Shown piece by piece: positions 47,375-57,400 of a stretch of DNA of 64,000 bases. The translations under genes were made by a program, and so were the position numbers. The stretch comes from Phycisphaerales bacterium. Its GTDB lineage: Bacteria; Planctomycetota; Phycisphaerae; Phycisphaerales; UBA1924. The number at the start of each line of letters is the position of its first letter. The stretch's first letter is position 1. The stretch is taken from assembly GCA_965227775.1 (NCBI GenBank), contig OZ245777.1, positions 2,080,001 to 2,144,000 on the forward strand, written 5' to 3'. Below the pieces are notes generated by a model. The model made no database searches. It was not told where the DNA came from and worked only from the letters and a program-made list of their open reading frames with translations.

Positions 47375-47392
47375 AACTCATAGGTTATGCAT
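47369..47392. promoter_or_regulatory. Palindromic operator overlapping the ArsR start codon
   Basis: Perfect ATGCATAAC-N6-GTTATGCAT. Confidence 0.75.
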
Positions 47393-47530
47393 AGAAATGG
47401 CCAGTTCAAGAAGCAATCCGCGACTGGTCGACTGCGATCAGCATCACCCCCGGATTGAAGACTGACTTCTCCCGCAACAAGTCAGTGGCATCGCTATCGA
47501 CGACGCGGTTGTGATGGGAACTCCAGATCG

Positions 47531-47655
47531 GACAGCGATGTGTACTTCGCAACTCTCTTGGAAGCACGCCGCCTGATCGAATGGTGGCTGACCGCTACAA
47601 CACCGCACGGCCGCACTCGTCACTGGGTTGACGATCGCCGGTAACCCAGGCCATC
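47531..47655 (+). pseudogene. IS3-family transposase C-terminal remnant
   Basis: Reads YFATLLEARRLIEWW, then a frameshift, then RYNTARPHSSLG*RSP. YNxxRPHSSLG is the IS3 integrase-core tail. Confidence 0.8.
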
Positions 47656-47803
47656 AGGCCATCGGAAGACTACTCCGCTTTCCTCCGTAGCCCTCCGGTG
47701 GCCAGAGGCCATGACCCGGGTTTAACCCAGACACTGCTGTTACTGGGAGCACGTCACACAAGCCGAACTGGGCGTGTGGGGTTTGCCAGAGACTGTGGAT
47801 GCC

Positions 47804-48628
47804 ATGAACGATACCTGTGTCATCCAGGCTTTCCGTGACTTGCACAATTCGGGGTGTTTGGTGATCCCCAACCCATGGGATCGCGGGAGCGCGATCGCGC
47901 TGGCTTCGATAGGATTTCGTGCCCTGGCGACAAGCAGCGCCGCGTTGTCGTTCGCCTCGGGGCGCCCTGACACTCCGGCTGCGCTCGGTCTTGATACGAC
48001 GCTCGCCAACATCCGCGAGATCGTTCGGGCGACGGATCTACCAGTGAGCGCTGACTTCCAGGCCGGGTATGGCAGAACACCCTCGGACGTCGAAGCGAGC
48101 GTGAAGCGGTGCCTCGAGACTGGAGTCGCGGGGCTCTCAATTGAAGATACGGCGGCAGATGCGGATCAGCCGCTCCATAAAGCGGGCGATGCGATTGAGC
48201 GGGTCCGCGCAGCGCGGTCTGCGATCGATGCGAGTGGATCGGGTGCGGTGCTGACCGCGCGGTGTGAAGCATTTCTTGTCGGCTGCCCGAAGCCCATGGA
48301 GACCGTTCTTTCGCGGCTGGTCGCGTTCGCTGAGGCGGGGGCGGATTGCCTGTTCGCGCCGGGATTACGCACGCCTGATCAGATCGCGCAGGTTGTGCGG
48401 GCGGTGGCTCCCAAACCCGTCAACGTGCTCGCGGCTGATCCGGCATGGATGACGGTTGAGGTGCTCGCCGATCTGGGAGTTCGGAGAATCTCTGTCGGTT
48501 CGGCACTCGCACGCGTCGGGTGGGGAGCGTTTCTCGCGTCGGCACATGACATCGCAGTTGGAGGGTCCTTTCACAGCCTCGCGAAGGCCACACCGTTTGC
48601 GGATCTCGACGAGTTGTTTTCTGGATAG
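47804..48628 (+). CDS. Isocitrate lyase/PEP mutase family protein
   Basis: IPNPWDRGSA, ALATSSA, PVSADFQAGY, GLSIED, AGADCLFAPG and GVRRISVG. Confidence 0.92.
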   Translation: MNDTCVIQAFRDLHNSGCLVIPNPWDRGSAIALASIGFRALATSSAALSFASGRPDTPAALGLDTTLANIREIVRATDLPVSADFQAGYGRTPSDVEASVKRCLETGVAGLSIEDTAADADQPLHKAGDAIERVRAARSAIDASGSGAVLTARCEAFLVGCPKPMETVLSRLVAFAEAGADCLFAPGLRTPDQIAQVVRAVAPKPVNVLAADPAWMTVEVLADLGVRRISVGSALARVGWGAFLASAHDIAVGGSFHSLAKATPFADLDELFSG

Positions 48629-48864
48629 TGAACGATCGCGCCGCTTGATCAGGCGGTTTCATGGTGAAGTCAGAACCCGCGTTTTCAGGTTCCATCGGAC
48701 GATCTGCGCCCAAATCGGTTCAACTGGTGTCTTATCATCCCGAATTGGCAGAAATAGCGACTTGAATAGCGCGGATCGGGCTTGTGCGTTGAAAGGTGGG
48801 CAGACAAATGCACGAGGCATCTGTGTGTATTTCTTGTGCCGTCAAGGAAGTAAGAGAATGCCCA

Positions 48865-49260
48865 TTAGGACTCTGTCACGACCGCATTGACTTCAGTCGG
48901 GAAGATCCACTCATTGCCGTCAGGGTCATCGATTTTCATTGAGTGGTAGCCCCACCAGACATGTTGGATGCTGACGGCTCGATCTGCGAGTCGCCGACGG
49001 AGATCCACGAGTTCGTCTTGAGTAAGCTCTACAAAGACCCGTGCCTTGTCTCGACGCGAAGCGTCTTGGCACAAGTTGATCTCGCAGTCCCCACGATTGA
49101 TCTGACAGACCGGTCCGTCGACTTCACCCTCAGGCCACTTCTTCCAGAAATCAAGCGCGTGAATGTAGAACTCAAGCGAAGCACTCAAATCCGAAACAAA
49201 TATCACTGGCCGTGCATACCACCGGCCGATCGGCCGAGTTGTCTCGGGGTTCTGTGACAT
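48865..49260 (-). CDS. VOC/glyoxalase family protein
   Basis: RPVIFVSDLSASLEFY and WWGYHSMKIDDPDGNEWIF. Confidence 0.85.
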   Translation of the reverse strand: MSQNPETTRPIGRWYARPVIFVSDLSASLEFYIHALDFWKKWPEGEVDGPVCQINRGDCEINLCQDASRRDKARVFVELTQDELVDLRRRLADRAVSIQHVWWGYHSMKIDDPDGNEWIFPTEVNAVVTES

Positions 49261-49410
49261 ATCAAGAGGCCAGTATAGCGGGCTAGCCTGGCGGTAGGAG
49301 TACTCCGGCATTGTCAGTCAAGCCCTCTAGCTACGCGGCTCTCAAACTTCGGCTAGTTGCTGTACGAGATCAGAAGTACGATCCGATCTCAATTCTGACG
49401 TGAGAGCGAG

Positions 49411-50217
49411 ATGCTTGAGCGAGCGCAAGATACCGAGCGATACATCATCAGGTCTGCGGGAGCGACGACAGACTATGGCGATTATGTCGTGACACAGTCG
49501 CGTGGATATCCAAATTGGTACCAGGCAAACATGATGGAGTTGCGTGTTAGCCGAGGCCGTTCGTTGGGGGACTGGGAACGGCTGTTCAATTCGCACTTTG
49601 ATCGTAGGCTCTATCAACATCTTATGCTGTACATCCCTGAGCGTGCGGCGTTTGCATTACTGGAAGATGAGATCAACGAGCTTTTGTCGACACACAGGCG
49701 ATGTTCCCCGACTCTGATTGTTGAGCGAATCACATGGATGTTCGCAAACAGGGCACGGCACTTCATCTTGCCCACAGGCATGGAGGTGTGCCGAATAGCG
49801 TCAGAGGAAGAATTCCAAGACCTTATCGAGTTTGGCGTCGAAGAAGCGGCCGGAGCACATTGGTTCACGAGCAAGGCCGATGTGAGAGCGTTCATTGAAT
49901 CTCGCCTAGAGAGCACAGATCGCATCGGTGTGATATGGTATAGGCTGAGCCATCAAGGGGATCGACGAATCTTGGCTCGGCTTGGGTTGTTTGAGCACGA
50001 CGGGATCTGCAGACTGCAGTCGGTGGGTACGCTGAAGCAGTTCAGGCGTCGAGGGTTCGGCAGCGCACTGGTCAACTACGCGATCGGCGAAGCTCACAGG
50101 CGCGGCTCGTCGGGGCTGGTGTTGAGCGTGGAAGCGGAATCGGCCGCCCAGAGCATGTACCGACACGTCGGGTTTCGCGACTTGGGGACTGATCTGTGGG
50201 TGATGCGATACCCATGA
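49411..50217 (+). CDS. GNAT family N-acetyltransferase
   Basis: C-terminal VGTLKQFRRRGFGSALV acetyl-CoA motif and AQSMYRHVGF. Lower GC. Confidence 0.85.
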   Translation: MLERAQDTERYIIRSAGATTDYGDYVVTQSRGYPNWYQANMMELRVSRGRSLGDWERLFNSHFDRRLYQHLMLYIPERAAFALLEDEINELLSTHRRCSPTLIVERITWMFANRARHFILPTGMEVCRIASEEEFQDLIEFGVEEAAGAHWFTSKADVRAFIESRLESTDRIGVIWYRLSHQGDRRILARLGLFEHDGICRLQSVGTLKQFRRRGFGSALVNYAIGEAHRRGSSGLVLSVEAESAAQSMYRHVGFRDLGTDLWVMRYP

Positions 50218-50973
50218 TCAACCGATGGCCTGTGTTCCAAAGCGTGTGCCCGAAGCCGCGAGGCTGTCGCATTTTGAACAGGTTAGTCGCCGCCGGGGGC
50301 GGGACGTGGTTATATCTGGCTGCCGGTGTCCTCATAGAGTGTTGGCGAGATCTCTGCAACACCGTACACGGCCGAGTGCCTCTTGCGAATACCCACCTGC
50401 GATTCAGTAGGCGTCACTCCATGGGGCGTTGCTCTGCTTCTACTCCAAGACTCTATTGCCAGGTAGTTGTACTCACACGGCCTCCGGCGCCGCCGGTGGG
50501 GGCCTATTCGCTTTGTCGAGCTGCCGATGTCTATCGAGACGGTGTTGACACGTACTTCTGGGAGCTCATGCTCGAGTGTGGCCTGGTGCCAGGTGGGGTC
50601 GACATGTACCACATCGGTTGAGTCAGTTGTAGCGCGACACTGGCGCCACATCTGGCCTCGTCCTCCAGACCCGTAGCGGGCTGTGCACTCAGATCGTCTG
50701 GCGCGCCTTACTCAGTGTGTGCGGTACAGCTGCGCATAGGGTCGACCATGGCTCGCCTAGAAAGCGGACCGTCTAGCAGTTGTCAACTGCCAAACCGGCC
50801 CCTCAGGTGAGACGGCACCGAGTCCTTGTGGCTGCGAGCGAGTTGACCTAGCTAACGTCGAGTCAAAGTGATCGCAACGAGACTTCTATTGGGTTGTACC
50901 CTATAGATAGGCCACGAGGCAATCGGGCGCGTCTCACGATTGTGTTCTGGCACACTGTTGAAGGAACGCCTCC

Positions 50974-52920
50974 ATGGGTGTGTTTTGCACTGCGGTAGCC
51001 ACAGGCGTCTTGTCGGCCGCGTTCGTCGCGAGCGCTTCCGCGCAGGATCACGGTGCGGGGGCCAAGGACTGGCTCCGTCTGCACGCGGTGGAGCTTGAGC
51101 GCGTCACGCTGGTCCCCGACGACGATTTTGAGGACATGGCCGGTATCGCCGAGGCGATTGGGGATGCGCGGGTGGTCATGCTCGGCGAGCAGACCCACGG
51201 GGATGGGGCTGCCTTTCTCGCGAAGACCAGGCTCATCGCATACTTGCATGAGGAAATGGGCTTCGACGTGCTCTGCTTTGAGAGCGGCATGCTCGAGTGT
51301 GAACACGCCTGGGAGAGAATCCAGGCCGGGGATGATGTCCGCACGTCGATCGAGTCCGCCGTGTTTCCGATCTGGACTCAGAGCAAGCAGTTTGCGCCGC
51401 TGATCGACTACATCGATGTGAGGGCTCGCGCCGATCGGCCTCTGGAGGTCGCTGGGTACGACTGCCAGCTAACGGGAACTGCGTCGATGGAGTGGATCGG
51501 CGAGATCGACAAGACCCTGGATCTGTTCCCGGTCGCGGAACGCCCGAAGGGTCTGACAGAGCTGGTGGGGCGCGTCATCAGGCATGAGGAGCTAAAGCAC
51601 AGCGAGGATGCTGCTCAGCTTCTCGACGCGGCAAGGACGCTTGACAGGCTCGGCCGGGTAGAAGAAGTAGACGCCTTCGTGGTAGGGCGCGCGATTCAAC
51701 TCCTGGAGAGCCTCGCCGGCGCGATCAAGGCCCGCAAGCCCAGCGAGGACGGTACATGGATCGACGCGTTCAACGCGCGTGACGACGCGGGTGCGGACAA
51801 CCTCTATTGGCTCCTGACCAAGCGGTACACGGATCGGAAGGTGATTGTCTGGTGTGCGTCGATGCACATGCTGCGTGATCAAGGGTCCATCGACACTGAG
51901 TCGGTTGGCCTCGACTACACGGGCGTTCGCTCGATGGGGCACACGCTCGCGAGTATGCTCGGGGACGGGCAAGTCTTCAACATCGCGTGCACGACGTACG
52001 GCGGAGAAGCCGGGCTTCCTTGGAGAGAGGCATGGGCGATCCCGCCAGCGCCCGTGGGGTCGTTCGAGGCGATCTGTCAGGATGTTGGCTTGGGCGACGC
52101 GTTTGTTCCGCTGGGTGAGGCGTCCAAGGTCGAAGCATTCGCCAACACGTTTCTGGCTCGGCCCTTGGGCAACGCGATCATGCGTGCGGCCTGGCCTCAG
52201 CACACCGACGCGTTCTTCTTTCAGAGCGTCATGACGCCGAGCACCTCCAACGATCCGCTACCTTCTAAGCCGAAGGTCGATCCCGAGGTGCTTGCCAGCG
52301 CATTAGACATCATGGGCACGCTGCAGTCCGAGGCCAAGCGGTACCAGGAGCGGCACGCGTCGCAGAATGCCTGGGCGGACAAAGGCGACTTCAACCGCGA
52401 CTACGACCGCTGGCTCCGATACGCGGAGCCCGACGAATTCGCGATTCAAGAGATTCATGACGACATCCGCGCGTGGGCCAGGCCTCTGCTGGATGATCCT
52501 GCCATGGGCTGGCGCGCCCACCTGCTCCTCGCTCGTCTGGCCCGCGCCGAAGGCGACCTCGATGCGGCCATCCAAGAGCACGATCGAGCGATCAACGCAT
52601 ATGGCGTTCGTTCGCACGCGTACCCGAGCAAGCAAAGCGCGATGCAGCACATCATCAACCAGCGCGCGATGGCGACCTGGGACCGCGATGGGTTCGAAGC
52701 GGCTCTGCAATGGGTGGTCAAAAGGCTCGAGAGCGACCCGGGATTCCTGTACTTCCATCCGGCCCCATGGCGGAGCCGTCTCGACGGAGATGAGACACGT
52801 TCGGTTGCGCTCGCCGAAGCTGTTGTGGAGGCGTACACGCATCGCATCGAGGCCGAACCTCAGGCAGCCGAGCGATTGAATGAGTTGAGGGATGCATCGC
52901 TGGAGGCAATGCGAAGATAG
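50974..52920 (+). CDS. Erythromycin-esterase family exported protein with a C-terminal TPR-like extension
   Basis: Signal peptide, [32 protein letters not shown] and NARD...KVIVW. Confidence 0.87.
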   Translation: MGVFCTAVATGVLSAAFVASASAQDHGAGAKDWLRLHAVELERVTLVPDDDFEDMAGIAEAIGDARVVMLGEQTHGDGAAFLAKTRLIAYLHEEMGFDVLCFESGMLECEHAWERIQAGDDVRTSIESAVFPIWTQSKQFAPLIDYIDVRARADRPLEVAGYDCQLTGTASMEWIGEIDKTLDLFPVAERPKGLTELVGRVIRHEELKHSEDAAQLLDAARTLDRLGRVEEVDAFVVGRAIQLLESLAGAIKARKPSEDGTWIDAFNARDDAGADNLYWLLTKRYTDRKVIVWCASMHMLRDQGSIDTESVGLDYTGVRSMGHTLASMLGDGQVFNIACTTYGGEAGLPWREAWAIPPAPVGSFEAICQDVGLGDAFVPLGEASKVEAFANTFLARPLGNAIMRAAWPQHTDAFFFQSVMTPSTSNDPLPSKPKVDPEVLASALDIMGTLQSEAKRYQERHASQNAWADKGDFNRDYDRWLRYAEPDEFAIQEIHDDIRAWARPLLDDPAMGWRAHLLLARLARAEGDLDAAIQEHDRAINAYGVRSHAYPSKQSAMQHIINQRAMATWDRDGFEAALQWVVKRLESDPGFLYFHPAPWRSRLDGDETRSVALAEAVVEAYTHRIEAEPQAAERLNELRDASLEAMRR

Positions 52921-53073
52921 GGTCCGTTGGGATCTTCAGGCCACGCCGCTTAAGCATGGTTGTGCTACCGCGGTGCCACATGGTGGGCTCGAATAGTTGA
53001 GTTGATGGTGGGAGGCTAGTGACAAGCTGGTGAGTTCGACCCTCACAGGCTCACAAAGCCGCCCGCTCGCCGA

Positions 53074-53094
53074 AAGCGGAGAGGGGGGATTCGA
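53074..53094 (-). repeat. tRNA-Ser 3'-end fragment, att core copy 2 (junction between islands 1 and 2)
   Basis: AAGCGGAGAGGGGGGATTCGA is identical to 43006-43027 except for one fewer G. Confidence 0.85.
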
Positions 53095-53208
53095 GACGAG
53101 GGATCTGCAAATCGACCCTGAGGTATTCCAGACGCGGTATGTGCTTTCGCTCCCGGTAGTTACACGTTCCGGATGGTTGGCGGTAGTTTCTGATTCTTGG
53201 CGGTCTTG

Positions 53209-53245
53209 AGGCGCAGATGTGGAACTCATCTTGGAACTCAGGGCG
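53209..53245. repeat. 37-bp att-linked motif, copy 2
   Basis: AGGCGCAGATGTGGAACTCATCTTGGAACTCAGGGCG lies at essentially the same offset from its att core as copy 1. Confidence 0.75.
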
Positions 53246-53487
53246 AGGCGCAGTTGCCCTCCACGCAGCAATTTTCATTTGTTCTCGTTCGCCCGGCTTT
53301 CAACTCAGATTCCAAACGGTCACCGGGGTCTTGACCAATCGCTTCGCCACCGCATGGAATAGGAAATGGGTACCAGCGCAGACTCATGGCGGCAGATCCC
53401 ACGGGCGGCACCTAAAAGGGGTATAGGCCATTCAGAAGACGGAGACCCCTGTTTACCTGAGTCCATTGGGAACGGCAATAGCCAGTA

Positions 53488-53871
53488 CTACGAAACCTTA
53501 ACTGTTATGTTACGCGCGTCGCGTGGTACTGTATTGTAAATGTACTGCACGACGTCCTTGTCGCAGACAATGCAGCCGTCTGAGTGCTCCGGCTTTGATC
53601 CCTGATGGATGAAGATACCTGTCTTCCCAGTCTGGCTATCTGGCAGATAGACCGATTTGTACCCCTTGCTTGCCATGATCGTGGTTGAACACTCGGTGTA
53701 GTGCTTTGCATCGATCAGGTTTCCAGGATTCTCCCAGCACGTTGTCTCTCTCTTCTTTGATCCATCGATCAGGAATATGAGCGTACCCTCACACTTACTT
53801 GTATCAACGCGCTCGACTACGATTTCATAGGTGGGCATAAGGTCAGCCACTTCCTCTCGGTTCGCGTCCAA
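53488..53871 (-). CDS. L,D-transpeptidase-like (DUF5675/YkuD-like) small protein; start may be 53838
   Basis: GKTGIFIHQGSKPEHSDGCIV His...SxGC motif. Markedly lower GC and no signal peptide. Confidence 0.65.
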   Translation of the reverse strand: MDANREEVADLMPTYEIVVERVDTSKCEGTLIFLIDGSKKRETTCWENPGNLIDAKHYTECSTTIMASKGYKSVYLPDSQTGKTGIFIHQGSKPEHSDGCIVCDKDVVQYIYNTVPRDARNITVKVS

Positions 53872-54476
53872 TTTACTGTTGACCTCATTGCATCAGGCTC
53901 CGCTGCTCCGCAGCTTAGGTCCTTGCCTCTGTGTCGGCCTCGTCGATCCAAGCCCCGACGCTGGTTCGTTTGCGGGAGACACGAATCGCCGCGGCGATCT
54001 CAGACAGGAGAGGGTTCTCGATGAACTCGCCATCAACACCACCTTAGTGTCCCACGGAACACGTTTGCGAACAAGTTGCTTCAGTCTCCCCAGAAATCCA
54101 TGAGGTCAGAGATGGCCGCCGAGGCCAGAAACAGACTCCTGGCCCACCGCGGTGCCGAGCTAGGAGGGGGGCTGGCCGGACTTTGAACCAATGTCACTGT
54201 AATCACGGAGTTACAGGCACTACGCCCCCTTCAGTCGGAAGCGGCCGAGAGACTGTTCCACACTTCCGGGATCTTCCTCGTCAGCAGCCAGTGTGCTCGT
54301 CTACGCCGGCCTTAGGCAATGGGCCGGACACACTTGTTCTCGTTGCCATGATGCTGAACTGCGTGTGTTCGCTTCACTTCATCCCGCTGCCAATCTGGCG
54401 ATCGGCAGATCGTCTTCGGGACCGGGCCGAGAGTCTACTTCGCACGACCGGGCGCGGTCGTGCTCAAGCCCGTCGA

Positions 54477-57400
54477 TCACTCCGGAGCGGGGAAACCTGG
54501 GATAGGTCGGTTGTCGGAACGTCCCTTGACGATGACGCGAACGTCGGAGAATCGGAGGATCGGGGAGTTGTTCTCGTCGACCCACTGGAAGTCGAATGCG
54601 TACTCGGCGTGCTTGTCGGGGAACCAGTCGGCGCGTTCGAGGTCCCAGTCGGGTGCGCCGGCGTGCACGGGCGGGGCGACCGGGAACCGGGAGTCCCACT
54701 GCCCGCGGGTGACCTTGACGGGCTCGTCCGTCGAGAACCCGGGGTACTCGCCCATCATCTGGGTCCTGGCGACGTAGGCCCTGGTGATCGTGAGGGCGTG
54801 GTGCTCCCACGGTCGGCGGCCGACGGAGGGCGGGAGGAACTCGAGGTTGTCCTGACGCTCGATCAGCAGCTGGCTGATGAGCTCGCGGAGTGTGTAGGGA
54901 GCGTCGTCGAGTTCGACGGGCTCGACCTCGGTGAGGAGGCGTTCGATGTTGGGCCGGTGGAGCGAGCCGGGGTGCGACGGGTCGCTGACCTGCTCGAAGC
55001 GGGGGTCTAGCGCGAGCCCGGCGAGCGAGCGGCCGGGCTTGGTGTCGCTCTCGGGCGTGGTGTTCCGGGTCTGCAGGACGGCGATCGCGGAGCGTCGCCA
55101 GACTGGGGCTCGGGCGTTGATAACGAGGAGCAGGTTGCCGGGCGGCGGGGGGGCGGTGCCGGCGATGGCCTCGGGCACGAGCAGGGCGGCCTCGATGCCA
55201 GCATTGGGGGACGCTCCGGTGATGGTGAGACGGCCCGGGTTGGTGGGATCGAGACGGATCTCGGGCAGCCCTTCCGGGATCGCGTCGGTCGGCACCTTGG
55301 GGGGCTCGAGAAGGGAGGCGACTTCCGTGATGGTCCGCGGGGTGAGGATTCGCTGGAGGGAGAGGGCGGACAGCTCCTGGGGATCCTCCTTGTCGAGGAG
55401 TTCCTTGAGCACCTCGAAGGTGGGCGGGGAGAGGCGTGTGGGGTGGGCGGGCCACGGCTTCGGGCGCCAACCGTCGGCGTCGTCCTCGCCGTACACGCTG
55501 ACGCTCCAGGCGTCGTACTTGATCGACTCGATGTCGGCGCTCGGGGAGCCGTCGAGGCGCTCCTCGTCACCCGTGACGGCGAAGATCGCCGAGAGCACGA
55601 AGTCGTCGATCCGCTGGGTGGGGGCGAACCCGTCGGAGGCGGCGATCACGCGGGCAGCGGCGCCCTTCGGGTCGGCGATGTCGCCGCTGAGGAGTTCCTC
55701 GAGGTCAACGCGTTCTCCGGTGGTCAGCGGTGTGCGCGGCTGCCCGTGGTGGACGGGCTCCGTGAACCGCGCGATGTGGCCCGTGTGGATGTGCACGGGT
55801 TCGGCGACCGGCTCGCGGGCGGCGAGGCGGACGAAGTTCTCGTCCGTGCCGGCTGGCGTGACGATCGACTCGACCTCGATATCGCCTTCGCCCGGCGGGT
55901 TGGGCTCTCCGGTCCGGATCTGGTCCATGACGGTTTCGAAGGAGAACGCGCGCGGGAGCTCGGGGATCTGGAAATCGTTGTCGTACCGGGTGTCGTCGAG
56001 CACCTCGATGAACGTGCTGGGCTCGTTGGAGCCGTCCTTGAGAACCTCGCGGAAGCCGAGCTCGTCGGATTCGGTGAAGAGGGCGGGCTCGGTGGAGGTG
56101 GCGGGGCGGATGAGCTTGGTGGTCTCGAACCGGAAGAACATCCGGGGGAGGTCGAGGGGGGCGACGCCGCTGAACTCCGTGACGAGGAAGGACTTCGCGT
56201 CGGCGAAGAGCGTGAGGTCGGCACGGAGCAGCGCGGCGACGCGGGAGGAGACGGCGCGCCAGAGCGGGCCGCCCGTGCCCTCGTGGGCGGGGGCGCGGAG
56301 TCTGGCGGCGAGCTTCTTGGCGGCGGGGGCGACGGAGCTGTGTTCGCGGGCGTCGGGCGCGGCGCGGAGGAGTGCGATCATGCGTTCGACGAGGGTGTCC
56401 AGGGCCGGAGCCAAGGCGTCGACTCGGGCGGTGTGAGCCCGCCACCGGTCGAGCCCGAAGCGTCCGGGGGAGACGCCGGGTGGGGGGTTCTCGCCAGGGT
56501 CCTGGGCGGCCGCGGGGTCCGACCAGGCGGCGATCTCTCCGCGTTTGGCGACGTCGAGCGTGCGCACGAATCGCTTGGCGATGGTAAAGACACCCGGTCC
56601 CAGGGGGCCCCTGGGGGTGATGGGGAGGAATGTGACCGGGCAGACGACCGCGGAAGTCCTGCGGTTCTCCGGCGTGGCCGCGCGTTCGGGAATGATCCAG
56701 CCCTCGGCGGAGTCGGCGCCCCCGGAGCCGATTACCCTGGCGACCCGCTCGACGTGGTTGGGGTGGGCGTCCGCGTCGGGTGCGAGGGTGACCGCGGAGG
56801 TCCGGAGCTCGTCGATCCACTCGGCGAGCTCCGTGTTGAATCCTCTGACATCGACCGTGGGGTCGAGGGAGATGTCGGGGGAGAAGACCGGATCGGGCCC
56901 GCCCTCCGGATCTTCGACGAGGGGGACCGGGACGGGCCGGACCGCTTGCCATTCGTCCGCCTTCTCCCGTGGCGGCACGGCCCGTTCGGGGCGGTGGATC
57001 TCGAGGCTGAACTCGACCAGGTTGGCGAGGTCGCCGAGACGGCTGGCGTCGGGTGTGGGCAGGTCGATCGGGTCAAAGGCGAAGACGGGGTCGGTCGGCG
57101 GGCTGTCCATCCATGCCCGGGCGGTACGCCCGACGGTCTCGGTGACGTCCCACGCGGGCCGTGCGGCGTAGACGTCGGCGAGGTACTCGGCGAGTAGGGT
57201 GTCGGTGGCGACCGGTGCGTTCGCTCCCATCTTCGCGAGCCGGTCGAAGCGCACCGCGCGGGCGCGGAGGATGACGCGCTGGGCGTTGGCGAGCTCGGCG
57301 ATCGACCGCCAGGCGGCGACACGCCTGCCGGCCTCGTCGACGCCCTTGTCGTCGGGTGTGGGCTCGGGGGCGCTGGCGAGCCAGCCCGTCCGGCATCGGA

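Larger units (their letters stand above)
43028..53094. mobile_element. Genomic island 1 (~10 kb) integrated at tRNA-Ser; no integrase visible
   Basis: Flanked by direct repeats of a tRNA 3' end. Patchy lower GC, accessory cargo and an IS remnant. Confidence 0.75.

Noticed and set aside
50196..50970. Short ORFs in the low-GC spacer of island 1
   Set aside because: No SD, codon bias or motif support. Probably decayed sequence.
53880..54470. Short ORFs and a GAAC-N8-GAAC (LexA-box-like) motif near 54057-54072
   Set aside because: The spacing does not match the GAAC-N7-GAAC box I know. The ORFs lack starts or motifs; a VDGEFIENPLL fragment is preceded by an in-frame stop.
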